DNA of 20,000 bases from an uncultured virus (IMG/VR IMGVR_UViG_3300045995_000471) (taxonomy: Duplodnaviria > Heunggongvirae > Uroviricota > Caudoviricetes), in IMG/VR virus record IMGVR_UViG_3300045995_000471; one strand, given 5' to 3'. A program made the translations under genes and the position numbers. The notes below the pieces were generated by a model. It searched no databases, was not told the DNA's origin, and saw only the letters and a program-made list of their open reading frames with translations. Of the stretch, positions 9,208 through 17,039 are shown in pieces (position 1 is the stretch's first letter; every line of letters starts with the position of its first letter).

Positions 9208-10302
9208 TCACTCTTCTTTCTTTGGAGTAAACTTCTTAGCTCTCTGTATCATCCCCTTCAGCTTCTCTTGCCTGCGGCCTTCCATATCATCATCAACACG
9301 GATGTCCGTCTGGCCCTCAATAGCATGAGGATTCACAACATCATATTCTCTTTTGAGATAATCGGGATGAGAGCGCATGATTAACCGTTCTGCCATTCGT
9401 TCTGCACTAGTAGTTCCCTGCTTCTCCGCTCTCCTAGAAGATTGTTCGTTAGACCGTTCCTGATGTAATTCTTTCATATACTTGTCCAAGGCTTCATCAT
9501 CTTGAACAACCCAGTCGTCTGGTTGATCGTCAGGCAATAACTCGTAAATCGACTGGTAGTAACTAGACCACCATAATAAATTCTTTTGGTCTGGAGTAAG
9601 ATCTACTGCTGCTCTATTAAATAAATGAAGATTCCCTTTTTGAGCAATGACAAAATCCAGACGCCAAAGATTGCTACGAGCTATATACCGAATCTCTTCT
9701 GTATTATGCCCAACCAGATACTTTAGAAACTCTGAAAGAATCTGATTTTTTAGATTAACCTCTACCTTCTCACAAAAGGTTAGATAATTGTCCCAGCATC
9801 TTCTATTTGTATCAGGATCCCATGAACACGCCCACAACATGAAATCATACTTGGCTTGTCTGGCCTTACGTTCTACGGTTTGGGCCATCATGCGCTCTCT
9901 TCTAACTTCAGTTTTAAACAAATCTTCTTCTAGTTTTAGAATAAGCTCTTTTGCATACTGCTTAGAGTTAGGGGATATATCAGGGTCCTGAGTTTTTAGA
10001 GTCCACTTAACTATCTTCTCTTGGATATCTGTAACTTTCTCATCATCAACTTCGGACCATATTCCTTTCTCCCGCATCAATGCGTCCATCTCTACCTCAG
10101 AAAGAATCTTAAATCCTTTGGCTTTATAAGTAGCTCTACTCTCTTCCAGTTCAGCTCGTAATACTGTGCTTCTAGGGGGGTATTTAAATAAAATAAATAG
10201 GGGAATAGGGTCATTGGGAATTGTTATGTGGATTAATTTTTGTCGAGCAGCTACCTCCTCGATGTGTTTAAGTAACTGTTCTGTAGTCCAAGTTATAGGC
10301 AT
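9208..10302 (-). CDS. Putative tail assembly chaperone-like protein, long paralog (364 aa)
   Basis: The ATG at 10302 overlaps the upstream stop (TAATG), so it is preferred over the track start at 10347. It lies immediately upstream of the tape-measure-position gene, is helical and charged, and aligns by eye to the 232-aa protein at 11554-12252. Function is from synteny only. Confidence 0.55.
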   Translation of the reverse strand: MPITWTTEQLLKHIEEVAARQKLIHITIPNDPIPLFILFKYPPRSTVLRAELEESRATYKAKGFKILSEVEMDALMREKGIWSEVDDEKVTDIQEKIVKWTLKTQDPDISPNSKQYAKELILKLEEDLFKTEVRRERMMAQTVERKARQAKYDFMLWACSWDPDTNRRCWDNYLTFCEKVEVNLKNQILSEFLKYLVGHNTEEIRYIARSNLWRLDFVIAQKGNLHLFNRAAVDLTPDQKNLLWWSSYYQSIYELLPDDQPDDWVVQDDEALDKYMKELHQERSNEQSSRRAEKQGTTSAERMAERLIMRSHPDYLKREYDVVNPHAIEGQTDIRVDDDMEGRRQEKLKGMIQRAKKFTPKKEE

Positions 10303-11441
10303 TAGCCAAGACCTGCAAGGGCTTCGTATTCTGCGATCTTGTCCCACTTTCTAACTAGGCGTGTGGGTGTATTTACCTTTTGGAGTTCCTTGAGGATGTG
10401 GTAGGCACGGTTGCCTCCTACTTTATAAGAGAAAGATTTACAATTTTTAATTGGGAGAACTCTTGCATTTATGCCATAGATAGAGGGACAAATGTTATCA
10501 AAGATAGTTTTAACCCACTCTAATAAGTTTCTTGTCCCAGTAATACTAATAACGGGATAGAGGTGTCCCCACTTATCAGAATTGCTAGGAATAACTATAG
10601 ACCCATCGCCATCAATAAGACCAGCAATAAATGCAAGTGAATTTTCATAATTGAGTTTTATAGGAGGTTCAAGAATAAATGTTTTATTTTGAACAATATT
10701 AAAATTATTTTCTAAATCTTTTACCATCTGCTGAGCAGATGAAAATTCTATTTTACAAAATTTAAATATTCCTTTACTGGTTTTCTGCACACCAATACTA
10801 ATATCTCCTGTGAAAAGAATTAAATCAGCTAGGCATGAAAGGATTAATATATCTTTTTGCTGAATACCAATACGTACCGTTCCCCTTTCTTTATCCACAG
10901 ACCCGTCAGCAGCAATAAATCCAGCAAAATAAGAATTATCAATAATTGGAACACTAAAAAAATTCCTATTGTAACCATAACGCCTTCTATAAGAAGAGGG
11001 GTGCTTCTTTAATCCCATTACACGAGCGTGACTAGTAATGGTCCAATAATCTTTCTCTGGCAAAAATTCTTGTATCTCTTTGACTGGTCTGTTTAGATAA
11101 TTATCCACTAATATCTGTTCTTCCTGTTTCGTCCAAACAGTACGTTTTTCCAAACCGAGGCTTAAAACCTTTCCTTTTATTGCTGTTTTAGAACGACCAG
11201 AACATAAGCCTCGGGCTACTATCTCATTAATAGTATATTTTTTGTAACTTTGTACAAGAGACACAATATCCTCTTGGGACCATTCAGATACAATATATCC
11301 TCTTAGCCCAAGTTGTTCTGCTTTCTTATGAATAGATGCTTTCTTGCGCCCAGGTAATAACCCTTCCATTTCCTTTCCTGTAATCTTTGAGTAATTAGCT
11401 CGCATAATCTCAACTTCCTGTGATGTCCATTGCTTTGCCAT
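10302..11441 (-). CDS. Free-standing double-motif LAGLIDADG homing endonuclease with N-terminal Trp-initiated (SANT/Myb-like) repeats
   Basis: Two motifs: YFAGFIAADGS and FIAGLIDGDGS. Three N-terminal repeats: WTSQEVEIMRANY, WSQEDIVSLVQSY, WTKQEEQILVDNY. The ATG at 11441 has AGGAGA at 11448-11453 (track start 11477). Visibly more AT-rich than its neighbours. Confidence 0.9.
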   Translation of the reverse strand: MAKQWTSQEVEIMRANYSKITGKEMEGLLPGRKKASIHKKAEQLGLRGYIVSEWSQEDIVSLVQSYKKYTINEIVARGLCSGRSKTAIKGKVLSLGLEKRTVWTKQEEQILVDNYLNRPVKEIQEFLPEKDYWTITSHARVMGLKKHPSSYRRRYGYNRNFFSVPIIDNSYFAGFIAADGSVDKERGTVRIGIQQKDILILSCLADLILFTGDISIGVQKTSKGIFKFCKIEFSSAQQMVKDLENNFNIVQNKTFILEPPIKLNYENSLAFIAGLIDGDGSIVIPSNSDKWGHLYPVISITGTRNLLEWVKTIFDNICPSIYGINARVLPIKNCKSFSYKVGGNRAYHILKELQKVNTPTRLVRKWDKIAEYEALAGLG

Positions 11442-11553
11442 TGATGGTCTCCTAGATAATAGTTTAGGGAAGTCCATTATGCGAAACTTCCCTTTATTGT
11501 GTTAGGACACCAATTTAGAATTAAGGTTCCCAAATAACCAAAAATAATTGCAA

Positions 11554-12252
11554 TTATTTCTTTTTCTTGGGTTTTTCCTCTTTTACTTTGTCAGTATCTT
11601 TATTTCCTTCAAGCAATTTATGTTCTTCCTTCTCGATTTCTTTTCTAGCAATTGCTTCAGGAGTTTTATCTAAGAAGTCGGAGTCCAGGCCCTGAAGAGC
11701 CAACATGACTTCATAACGGGCACGCATAGCGAGTCCAGGCTTCTTAGTAGTCTTGTAATCCTCATACGACTCCCAGACTTGGTCTCCATCGCTATCTTTC
11801 ACCATAGCAGACGTTAAATACTCAATTCGTGCATCCTCAGCCAATTGCTCCGTGCTGTTGCTCATCGGGCTAGATGACCGTTGGTTATGTCGAAATAATT
11901 TGTTTCGCAAATCTTCAACTGCATCAGCTAATTTTCTTTTTTCTGTAATATCCTTTGTAGAATTAAGTTCAGCGATTTTTTCATCCAAGCTATTGATGAG
12001 TTCTAATCGCTTTTTCTCATAGCTCTTTCCTACAATGTCTCTCTCTTCTAAGATATCTTGCATCTGGGCCATGGTAGTTACACCTGCCAAGAGTGCCTCA
12101 TTGTAGGTCTTTGAATAATGCCAATCAGCCTGTCTAACTGAATCTATATCAGCATTATCAATATAGTACTTCTCTCCATCCATAGTAAAGAATCTCTTAT
12201 CATCAAAAATATTTTGGAGATCTTTATCTTCCTTTTTTGTCTTGTCAGCCAT
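11554..12252 (-). CDS. Putative tail assembly chaperone-like protein, short paralog (232 aa)
   Basis: AAGGAG RBS. Charged helical protein between the tail tube and tape-measure loci. Paralogous to 9208-10302. Confidence 0.55.
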   Translation of the reverse strand: MADKTKKEDKDLQNIFDDKRFFTMDGEKYYIDNADIDSVRQADWHYSKTYNEALLAGVTTMAQMQDILEERDIVGKSYEKKRLELINSLDEKIAELNSTKDITEKRKLADAVEDLRNKLFRHNQRSSSPMSNSTEQLAEDARIEYLTSAMVKDSDGDQVWESYEDYKTTKKPGLAMRARYEVMLALQGLDSDFLDKTPEAIARKEIEKEEHKLLEGNKDTDKVKEEKPKKKK

Positions 12253-12266
12253 TTCCGGGGCCCTCC

Positions 12267-12548
12267 TTATTGTTTGTTCTGAATTACGATGACATCTTCA
12301 GATAGAGACTCGTATTCTAGAATGTAAGATCTTTCCAGTTCTTTTTCCAGTTGTCTAATTGCATCATTAGACGCCCTCAAAATCTTACCTCTAAGAGGCA
12401 AAAATGATTCTGGGTTACCAGAAAGAGCTACAACAACACTTTCGACCTGATCCAATATCTGACCATAGGCCTTTTTTTGAATCTCTCGAAGTTTATTTAT
12501 AAATTTTTCGCGGCTTTTTTTCTGACGCTCATTCTCTTCCTGAGCCAT
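12267..12548 (-). CDS. Hypothetical 93-aa helical protein
   Basis: Strong AGGAGG RBS before the ATG and tight packing with the next gene. No recognisable motif. Confidence 0.8.
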   Translation of the reverse strand: MAQEENERQKKSREKFINKLREIQKKAYGQILDQVESVVVALSGNPESFLPLRGKILRASNDAIRQLEKELERSYILEYESLSEDVIVIQNKQ

Positions 12549-12589
12549 TTCCAGTTCCTCCTTTTCCTAATTATATAAACCTTGCGTTG

Positions 12590-12624
12590 AAAATAAGGGG
12601 GCTAGGCCATAAAGCCCGCCCCCC
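12590..12624 (-). terminator. Probable intrinsic terminator after the major tail protein gene
   Basis: The - strand reads GGGGGC-GGGC-TTTATG-GCCT-A-GCCCCC then TTATTTT: a GC-rich stem plus T-tract about 30 nt after the stop at 12653. Confidence 0.75.
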
Positions 12625-12652
12625 ATAATCATCCTTAACCAAATTAAACAAA

Positions 12653-14338
12653 TTAGAATTGGTCAGCAGATGTGTTTCTCTCGATACACGCTACGTCGTC
12701 GATATGGACATCGCCTTTTACGACGAAGAGTGCGTTAGGTGCACGGAAGTTAATTTCCTGCGTTGCTTGGCCTCCACCCCGGCCACCACCAATTGCGTTC
12801 TGGTAGTTTTCAGCCGTAATTTTTAGGCCCTGGACTATGACGGTTTTGAGCGGGCGCTCACGAGGAGCATGATCGCAGTCTCCGGCATTGGAATAGGTTC
12901 CGGTGCCGTCCCAATCATAATACTCATCTCCTTCCATTTTGTCCAACATAACCTTTCTGTCTAGAGCATTCTTTCCACCAGCTTCCTCATTGGTTTGCTG
13001 GAAGACTTTAACTACGCAGATAAGGTTTTTCTTACTCATAAGCTGGGTAAGAGCAATGTCAGTACCACTTCCACCGGCTTCATAGTTTGTAGGAACTAGA
13101 CCGGCTGTAAGAGCCCATCTTTCCATGTCAGTAGCGATGGATGTAGTATTAACTGTGATCTCAACAGGAAGGTTCATGGGACGAGCAAATGGACGGAAAT
13201 GCCCAAGCTCATTCAATGGAGTTCTTGTTGGTGTAGCAGTGATAGTAACTGTCTGCATACGAAGTGCGAGGTCCCAACTAGTTGTAACATCAGGGTCAAC
13301 GATGTAAACTTCTACCTGGCCTTGACGCACAGCACCTACATCTTCTGGATACAGAGATGCAGGATTATCTTCTCCGGCGAGAGAAGATGTTGCAGGCTCA
13401 AAATACTTAGCATAAGTACGAGTAGCAGTACCCTGGGCACCAACAGCATACTTATTTGCAGCATATACTAGAACAAACTTAGTTCCCTTTGCCGAACTAG
13501 GCCACAAAGTAGCAGCATTAGTTGGGAGGGTAAGTACTCTAGTTGATGGATTGTACCCGAAGGTAGCGGTCCCTGCAACGTCCCTAATAGGATATACTGT
13601 TCCAAACTTGTCAGTAGAACTTCTCACTTCAATACCTTCTTGTCCAGTATCAGAAGTAAAATTCAAGAACGCATACTTACAGTTTGACAACGGAGGAATG
13701 ACTCCCCCAACAGTTCCGCCAATACCTAAAGTCAGTGCTTGACTATTGCTTGGAGCATAAATATCCCATTCTTCCTGAGATATAAACTTGCCAGCGTTAA
13801 CAAGCCACATTTTATTATCGGTCTCTGCCCCATAGTTTTCAGTAGCAGTCGCACCGGTATTATAGGTTAAGGTTACGTTGTTCACATAAACCTTGTCCAT
13901 AAACAGTGTCATTTGGATATCATCAGCAGAAGTTCCCAAAGAAGCCTCATTCTGAACTGGAGCCCATAGTTTAACTCCTTGTCCAAGACTGAAATCAATT
14001 AGGGAAAGACCGTGATAGTAACGCACTCCTGAGCTTGTACATGTAGCATTAGTTCGCAGATATGCCCCACTTACAGAAGGTGTTCCCTTGCAGTGTAGTG
14101 GGTTCATACCAGCCAAAGCTACCATCGTGTTAACTGAACCCCAGTCGTTGGTGTCCAGAGTAACGGCAACAGCAGGAACGTCATCTACAACATCGACACG
14201 GCTCAATTGACCGAGTTCGAATACGTCCTCAGCAGTAAACGTAGTATTGCTTCCCAGTGTCTGTACTCTGTAGACCAGGTGTCCATTTGCTCGCACAGAT
14301 TGAGAGGCGTACATAATACGGTTTCGTTTAGTCGCCAT
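12653..14338 (-). CDS. Major tail (tube) protein, probably with two tandem tube domains (561 aa)
   Basis: AGGAGG RBS and downstream terminator, as expected for a highly expressed structural gene. T/G/A/V-rich beta-strand composition. Repeated motif R-x-Q-T-x13-E-L-G-x11-P at aa 24-55 and 360-391. Position between the terminator-like gene and the chaperones. Confidence 0.7.
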   Translation of the reverse strand: MATKRNRIMYASQSVRANGHLVYRVQTLGSNTTFTAEDVFELGQLSRVDVVDDVPAVAVTLDTNDWGSVNTMVALAGMNPLHCKGTPSVSGAYLRTNATCTSSGVRYYHGLSLIDFSLGQGVKLWAPVQNEASLGTSADDIQMTLFMDKVYVNNVTLTYNTGATATENYGAETDNKMWLVNAGKFISQEEWDIYAPSNSQALTLGIGGTVGGVIPPLSNCKYAFLNFTSDTGQEGIEVRSSTDKFGTVYPIRDVAGTATFGYNPSTRVLTLPTNAATLWPSSAKGTKFVLVYAANKYAVGAQGTATRTYAKYFEPATSSLAGEDNPASLYPEDVGAVRQGQVEVYIVDPDVTTSWDLALRMQTVTITATPTRTPLNELGHFRPFARPMNLPVEITVNTTSIATDMERWALTAGLVPTNYEAGGSGTDIALTQLMSKKNLICVVKVFQQTNEEAGGKNALDRKVMLDKMEGDEYYDWDGTGTYSNAGDCDHAPRERPLKTVIVQGLKITAENYQNAIGGGRGGGQATQEINFRAPNALFVVKGDVHIDDVACIERNTSADQF

Positions 14339-14354
14339 ATTTTTAGATCCTCCT

Positions 14355-14459
14355 AAGATAGATGAGAAATCCTGTTTTATCGTTTAGTGAAATACTAGTT
14401 TTAGTAGCTGTGGGGGCATAAAACTCACTAAACAAACGGGTAAAGGTTCATCCTATCCT
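14355..14459 (-). promoter_or_regulatory. Long imperfect stem-loop in the leader of the major tail protein gene
   Basis: Nested complementary arms on the mRNA strand: AGGAUAGGAUGA/UCAUCUAUCUU, GUUUAGUGA/UCACUAAAC and GUUUUA/UAAAAC. It ends directly before the AGGAGG at 14349-14354. Confidence 0.55.
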
Positions 14460-14500
14460 TTCCAATTATTACATTTTCAATTCTTTTACGAGGTTAGTTA

Positions 14501-15307
14501 TTAATTCTTGTAGTTTCGTGTGGTAAAAGTAATTTGGGCTCTATACCTATTAATAATTTCATGGTCATAGAAACCCCACTTAGGCAGGCCTGTAAGGCGT
14601 TTTTCGGCGTCATCAAAATACATAGAAGAATAAAGAGGTTCATAGTCTGTATTAAACTGTTCATTATACAACCCACCGAAATCTAAAGGTAATCCTTTTT
14701 CTAGGTTATATAACGGACACCTACGCATGTATATGTTTTCCCAGATAACATCTAGCATATCATCTCTTTCTCCGTTGTTGTTAGTAAATATTTCTATAGT
14801 CCAATTACCTTCCCTTATATCTCCACCACCCAATTGAAGCCCTTTGGATCTACCATCGTCACGCTCAATGGTGATAATAGGCAAGGGTGGAACTTCATCC
14901 CATGGCCATGCATCTAGGACAGACACATAATTCCATTCATAATCTACAGAAAAACCTGATAGATCTTGGTTACTAACTACCTGGCCATTCAAATAATTAA
15001 CTGAATACCCAGACGCAGTAGTAGCACCATTATAAACTTTTACTATATTACTCTGTTCTACTCCAAATATAGATGTCTCTCCTGTATAGTCAAAATATAA
15101 TAGTCCCCTACCTATCCCGTTTATGTCCTGCTCCAGCCGTCTAAAGGGGTCTTTGTTTAACTCCAAATCGAATTCCATATTCCAAATATTAGGTTTTCCG
15201 GCCGGGGTTAAGGACATACCTGTAGAGATCTCAGAATAACGAGGCCCAATTACAACATCTTTTATATATAGATACATGCTGATATCTTCTTTTCTTTGTA
15301 GCCTCAT
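14501..15307 (-). CDS. Putative tail terminator / tail completion protein (268 aa)
   Basis: Pattern VLDAWP..PLPIITIE..LQLGGG..TIEIFT...ERDDMLDVI..YRAQITF resembles tail-terminator proteins. It is immediately upstream of the tube gene, with a TAATG overlap with the upstream gene. Confidence 0.55.
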   Translation of the reverse strand: MRLQRKEDISMYLYIKDVVIGPRYSEISTGMSLTPAGKPNIWNMEFDLELNKDPFRRLEQDINGIGRGLLYFDYTGETSIFGVEQSNIVKVYNGATTASGYSVNYLNGQVVSNQDLSGFSVDYEWNYVSVLDAWPWDEVPPLPIITIERDDGRSKGLQLGGGDIREGNWTIEIFTNNNGERDDMLDVIWENIYMRRCPLYNLEKGLPLDFGGLYNEQFNTDYEPLYSSMYFDDAEKRLTGLPKWGFYDHEIINRYRAQITFTTRNYKN

Positions 15308-15936
15308 TATTCACCTCTTTGGGATTTATAATCCAAGATAGCCTCGTGTATAAGATCTTCCATGTTTACCCGCCGCATAGCATTTTTACCAAAAGGTATT
15401 GAACTTGCTCCGGAAGCCGGATGCTCATATTTATCAAATGATCCTAATACACCCCAACCTTCTCTGTCCCAGGATTTTTTGCTGATGAGAAAGCCGCCAA
15501 AATATTGACCAGGCATAGGTTCGTTCTTCTTCTGCTGGTACATACTAGGATTAACAAACGCATATCTACCAGCAATTCCGCGTATCAGGAATACAACCCA
15601 CACCGTTGGCACAGGCTTATGTCTAAGTTTGGAAACATCCTCAGTAAACCCTAAGGTTTCATCGGTGCATAAACCTATTTGAATCTCCCCATCCTCAGTC
15701 ATAGTTAGACTATCATCCCAAGTTTGTTTCATGTGCTTAACTAAAAATGGAAGATGGTTCCTCAGATTAGTTGGGTCATCCCTTGGGGATCTGTTAGACA
15801 GTTCCTCAAATTCTTCTAGAAAGGCTCCTATAACTTGTTTTCCGCCTGGACCTTCTGATCTCATATAGTTTAGTATGTGGTCTTTAATCTCGTCAGAAAG
15901 CTCGTTAGCTTGCTCTTTTAATTCTTTAGAGCTCAT
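15307..15936 (-). CDS. Hypothetical virion morphogenesis (neck/tail-completion position) protein (209 aa)
   Basis: GAGGGG RBS and overlaps with both neighbours. Function is from synteny only. Confidence 0.5.
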   Translation of the reverse strand: MSSKELKEQANELSDEIKDHILNYMRSEGPGGKQVIGAFLEEFEELSNRSPRDDPTNLRNHLPFLVKHMKQTWDDSLTMTEDGEIQIGLCTDETLGFTEDVSKLRHKPVPTVWVVFLIRGIAGRYAFVNPSMYQQKKNEPMPGQYFGGFLISKKSWDREGWGVLGSFDKYEHPASGASSIPFGKNAMRRVNMEDLIHEAILDYKSQRGE

Positions 15937-16480
15937 GTAGCCCCTCTATAACATCTACGGTAGTACACATAATTTCGACAATGCCATCAGCCACTTCTAG
16001 GCTTCTTATATAAGGGGTACTATTTGGATCTACTTTTACACCGTCTACAACAAAATAATCAGCCGCAATGAAATCGCCGTAATATTTTGAGTCGGCTTTT
16101 AGGATAACCCAATGGTGTAGATATTCTCCAACTGAGGTACCTATATTAGTAGTAGGATCAGAAGATTCCCAAAGCACACTGGCCATGATAGTCTTTTCAG
16201 AGTTTACAGTAAGATTTCCATCTCCTCGGCATATAGGACATATCTTTTTGAAGGGCTTAGGGCTAATCGTTCTTTCATTAGGAGTTCCAGCAAATACAAC
16301 TTTGGGGGTAATAAAATTAGTGAAAACGGCCCCCGACGAACCGGAGGCCGAATCATAGAAACAATTAGGACAACTTTCAACCATAGCACTATTATAGCCT
16401 ACTATGACGGCTCTGCTCAAATCTAGTACTAGGCGTTTTTGAGCTTTTCTAAATTTATTTAGGAAGCTCTTAGGTATCAT
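15926..16480 (-). CDS. Putative head-closure/neck protein with a Cys4 zinc-binding motif (184 aa)
   Basis: CPNC ... CPICRGDG motifs and a beta-rich C-terminus (DYFVVDGVKV). Located two genes upstream of the tail-terminator-like gene. Confidence 0.5.
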   Translation of the reverse strand: MIPKSFLNKFRKAQKRLVLDLSRAVIVGYNSAMVESCPNCFYDSASGSSGAVFTNFITPKVVFAGTPNERTISPKPFKKICPICRGDGNLTVNSEKTIMASVLWESSDPTTNIGTSVGEYLHHWVILKADSKYYGDFIAADYFVVDGVKVDPNSTPYIRSLEVADGIVEIMCTTVDVIEGLHEL

Positions 16481-17022
16481 TACACTACTCCGTCAACCGA
16501 AAGTTCCGCTATGCGGTTGGCCAGTATGTCTCTGACACGCTCTTGCCCCGCCAGGTTTCTGGCAAGTTTATGGGCCATTTTTAATTTTCTGACTTCACTG
16601 CAATTGTTGATGATCTTTTTAGAGGCATCATCATAAGTCAGCCACGCCATTTCCTTAGGAGTAACATCCGATGAAGTCTTTCTCGATGCAGCCCTGCTGG
16701 TGATAGCAGTACTACGTTTCTGGGTCTTTTTAGCAGCGGCCGCATTAGGGATAGGTGCCGCGTTATTAGATTCACCGTTATTAGGCAATTCTAGCCGCCA
16801 GACCCCTTGATCTACCGCATATTCTTTCTTCACTCTCTCTAAAAATTTAGGAAACTGGTCTTTAGTATATTCATAATACTTTGGTTCCTCAGCTCTTTTA
16901 CTTCTCTTCGGCTTACAGAACCCTTCAAAAACTTCTTCTAAATCCAAGGTGCCATTAGGCGCCACTTCCCTTTTTAGAAGATATGCATATCCTTTACTAA
17001 CATTCCTTACAATATAACCCAT
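16480..17022 (-). CDS. Hypothetical basic protein (180 aa)
   Basis: The ATG at 17022 with GGAGG at 17031-17035 is preferred over the track start at 17079, which overlaps the kinase. Central A/K/S-rich linker. Confidence 0.75.
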   Translation of the reverse strand: MGYIVRNVSKGYAYLLKREVAPNGTLDLEEVFEGFCKPKRSKRAEEPKYYEYTKDQFPKFLERVKKEYAVDQGVWRLELPNNGESNNAAPIPNAAAAKKTQKRSTAITSRAASRKTSSDVTPKEMAWLTYDDASKKIINNCSEVRKLKMAHKLARNLAGQERVRDILANRIAELSVDGVV

Positions 17023-17039
17023 TGCTCTTTCCTCCAAAA

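Noticed and set aside
10302..11553. Group I intron or intein housing the LAGLIDADG ORF
   Set aside because: The flanking genes look complete. Only ~110 nt is non-coding upstream and none downstream. No intein splice-junction motifs are present, and the ORF has its own RBS and stop.
11554..11585. Programmed -1 frameshift at the A-rich end of the 232-aa gene (GAA AAA CCC AAG AAA AAG AAA TAA)
   Set aside because: There is no clean in-frame X XXY YYZ heptamer, and the next gene is the endonuclease rather than a T-like ORF.
12570..12598. Sigma70-like promoter (TATAAT at 12570-12575) upstream of the 93-aa gene
   Set aside because: There is no acceptable -35 at the right spacing, and a lone -10 in AT-rich DNA is weak evidence.
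12653..14338. Tail sheath or major capsid call for the 561-aa protein
   Set aside because: The size would fit, but no sheath or capsid motifs were recognised, no separate tube gene follows, and the duplicated tube-like motif explains the length.
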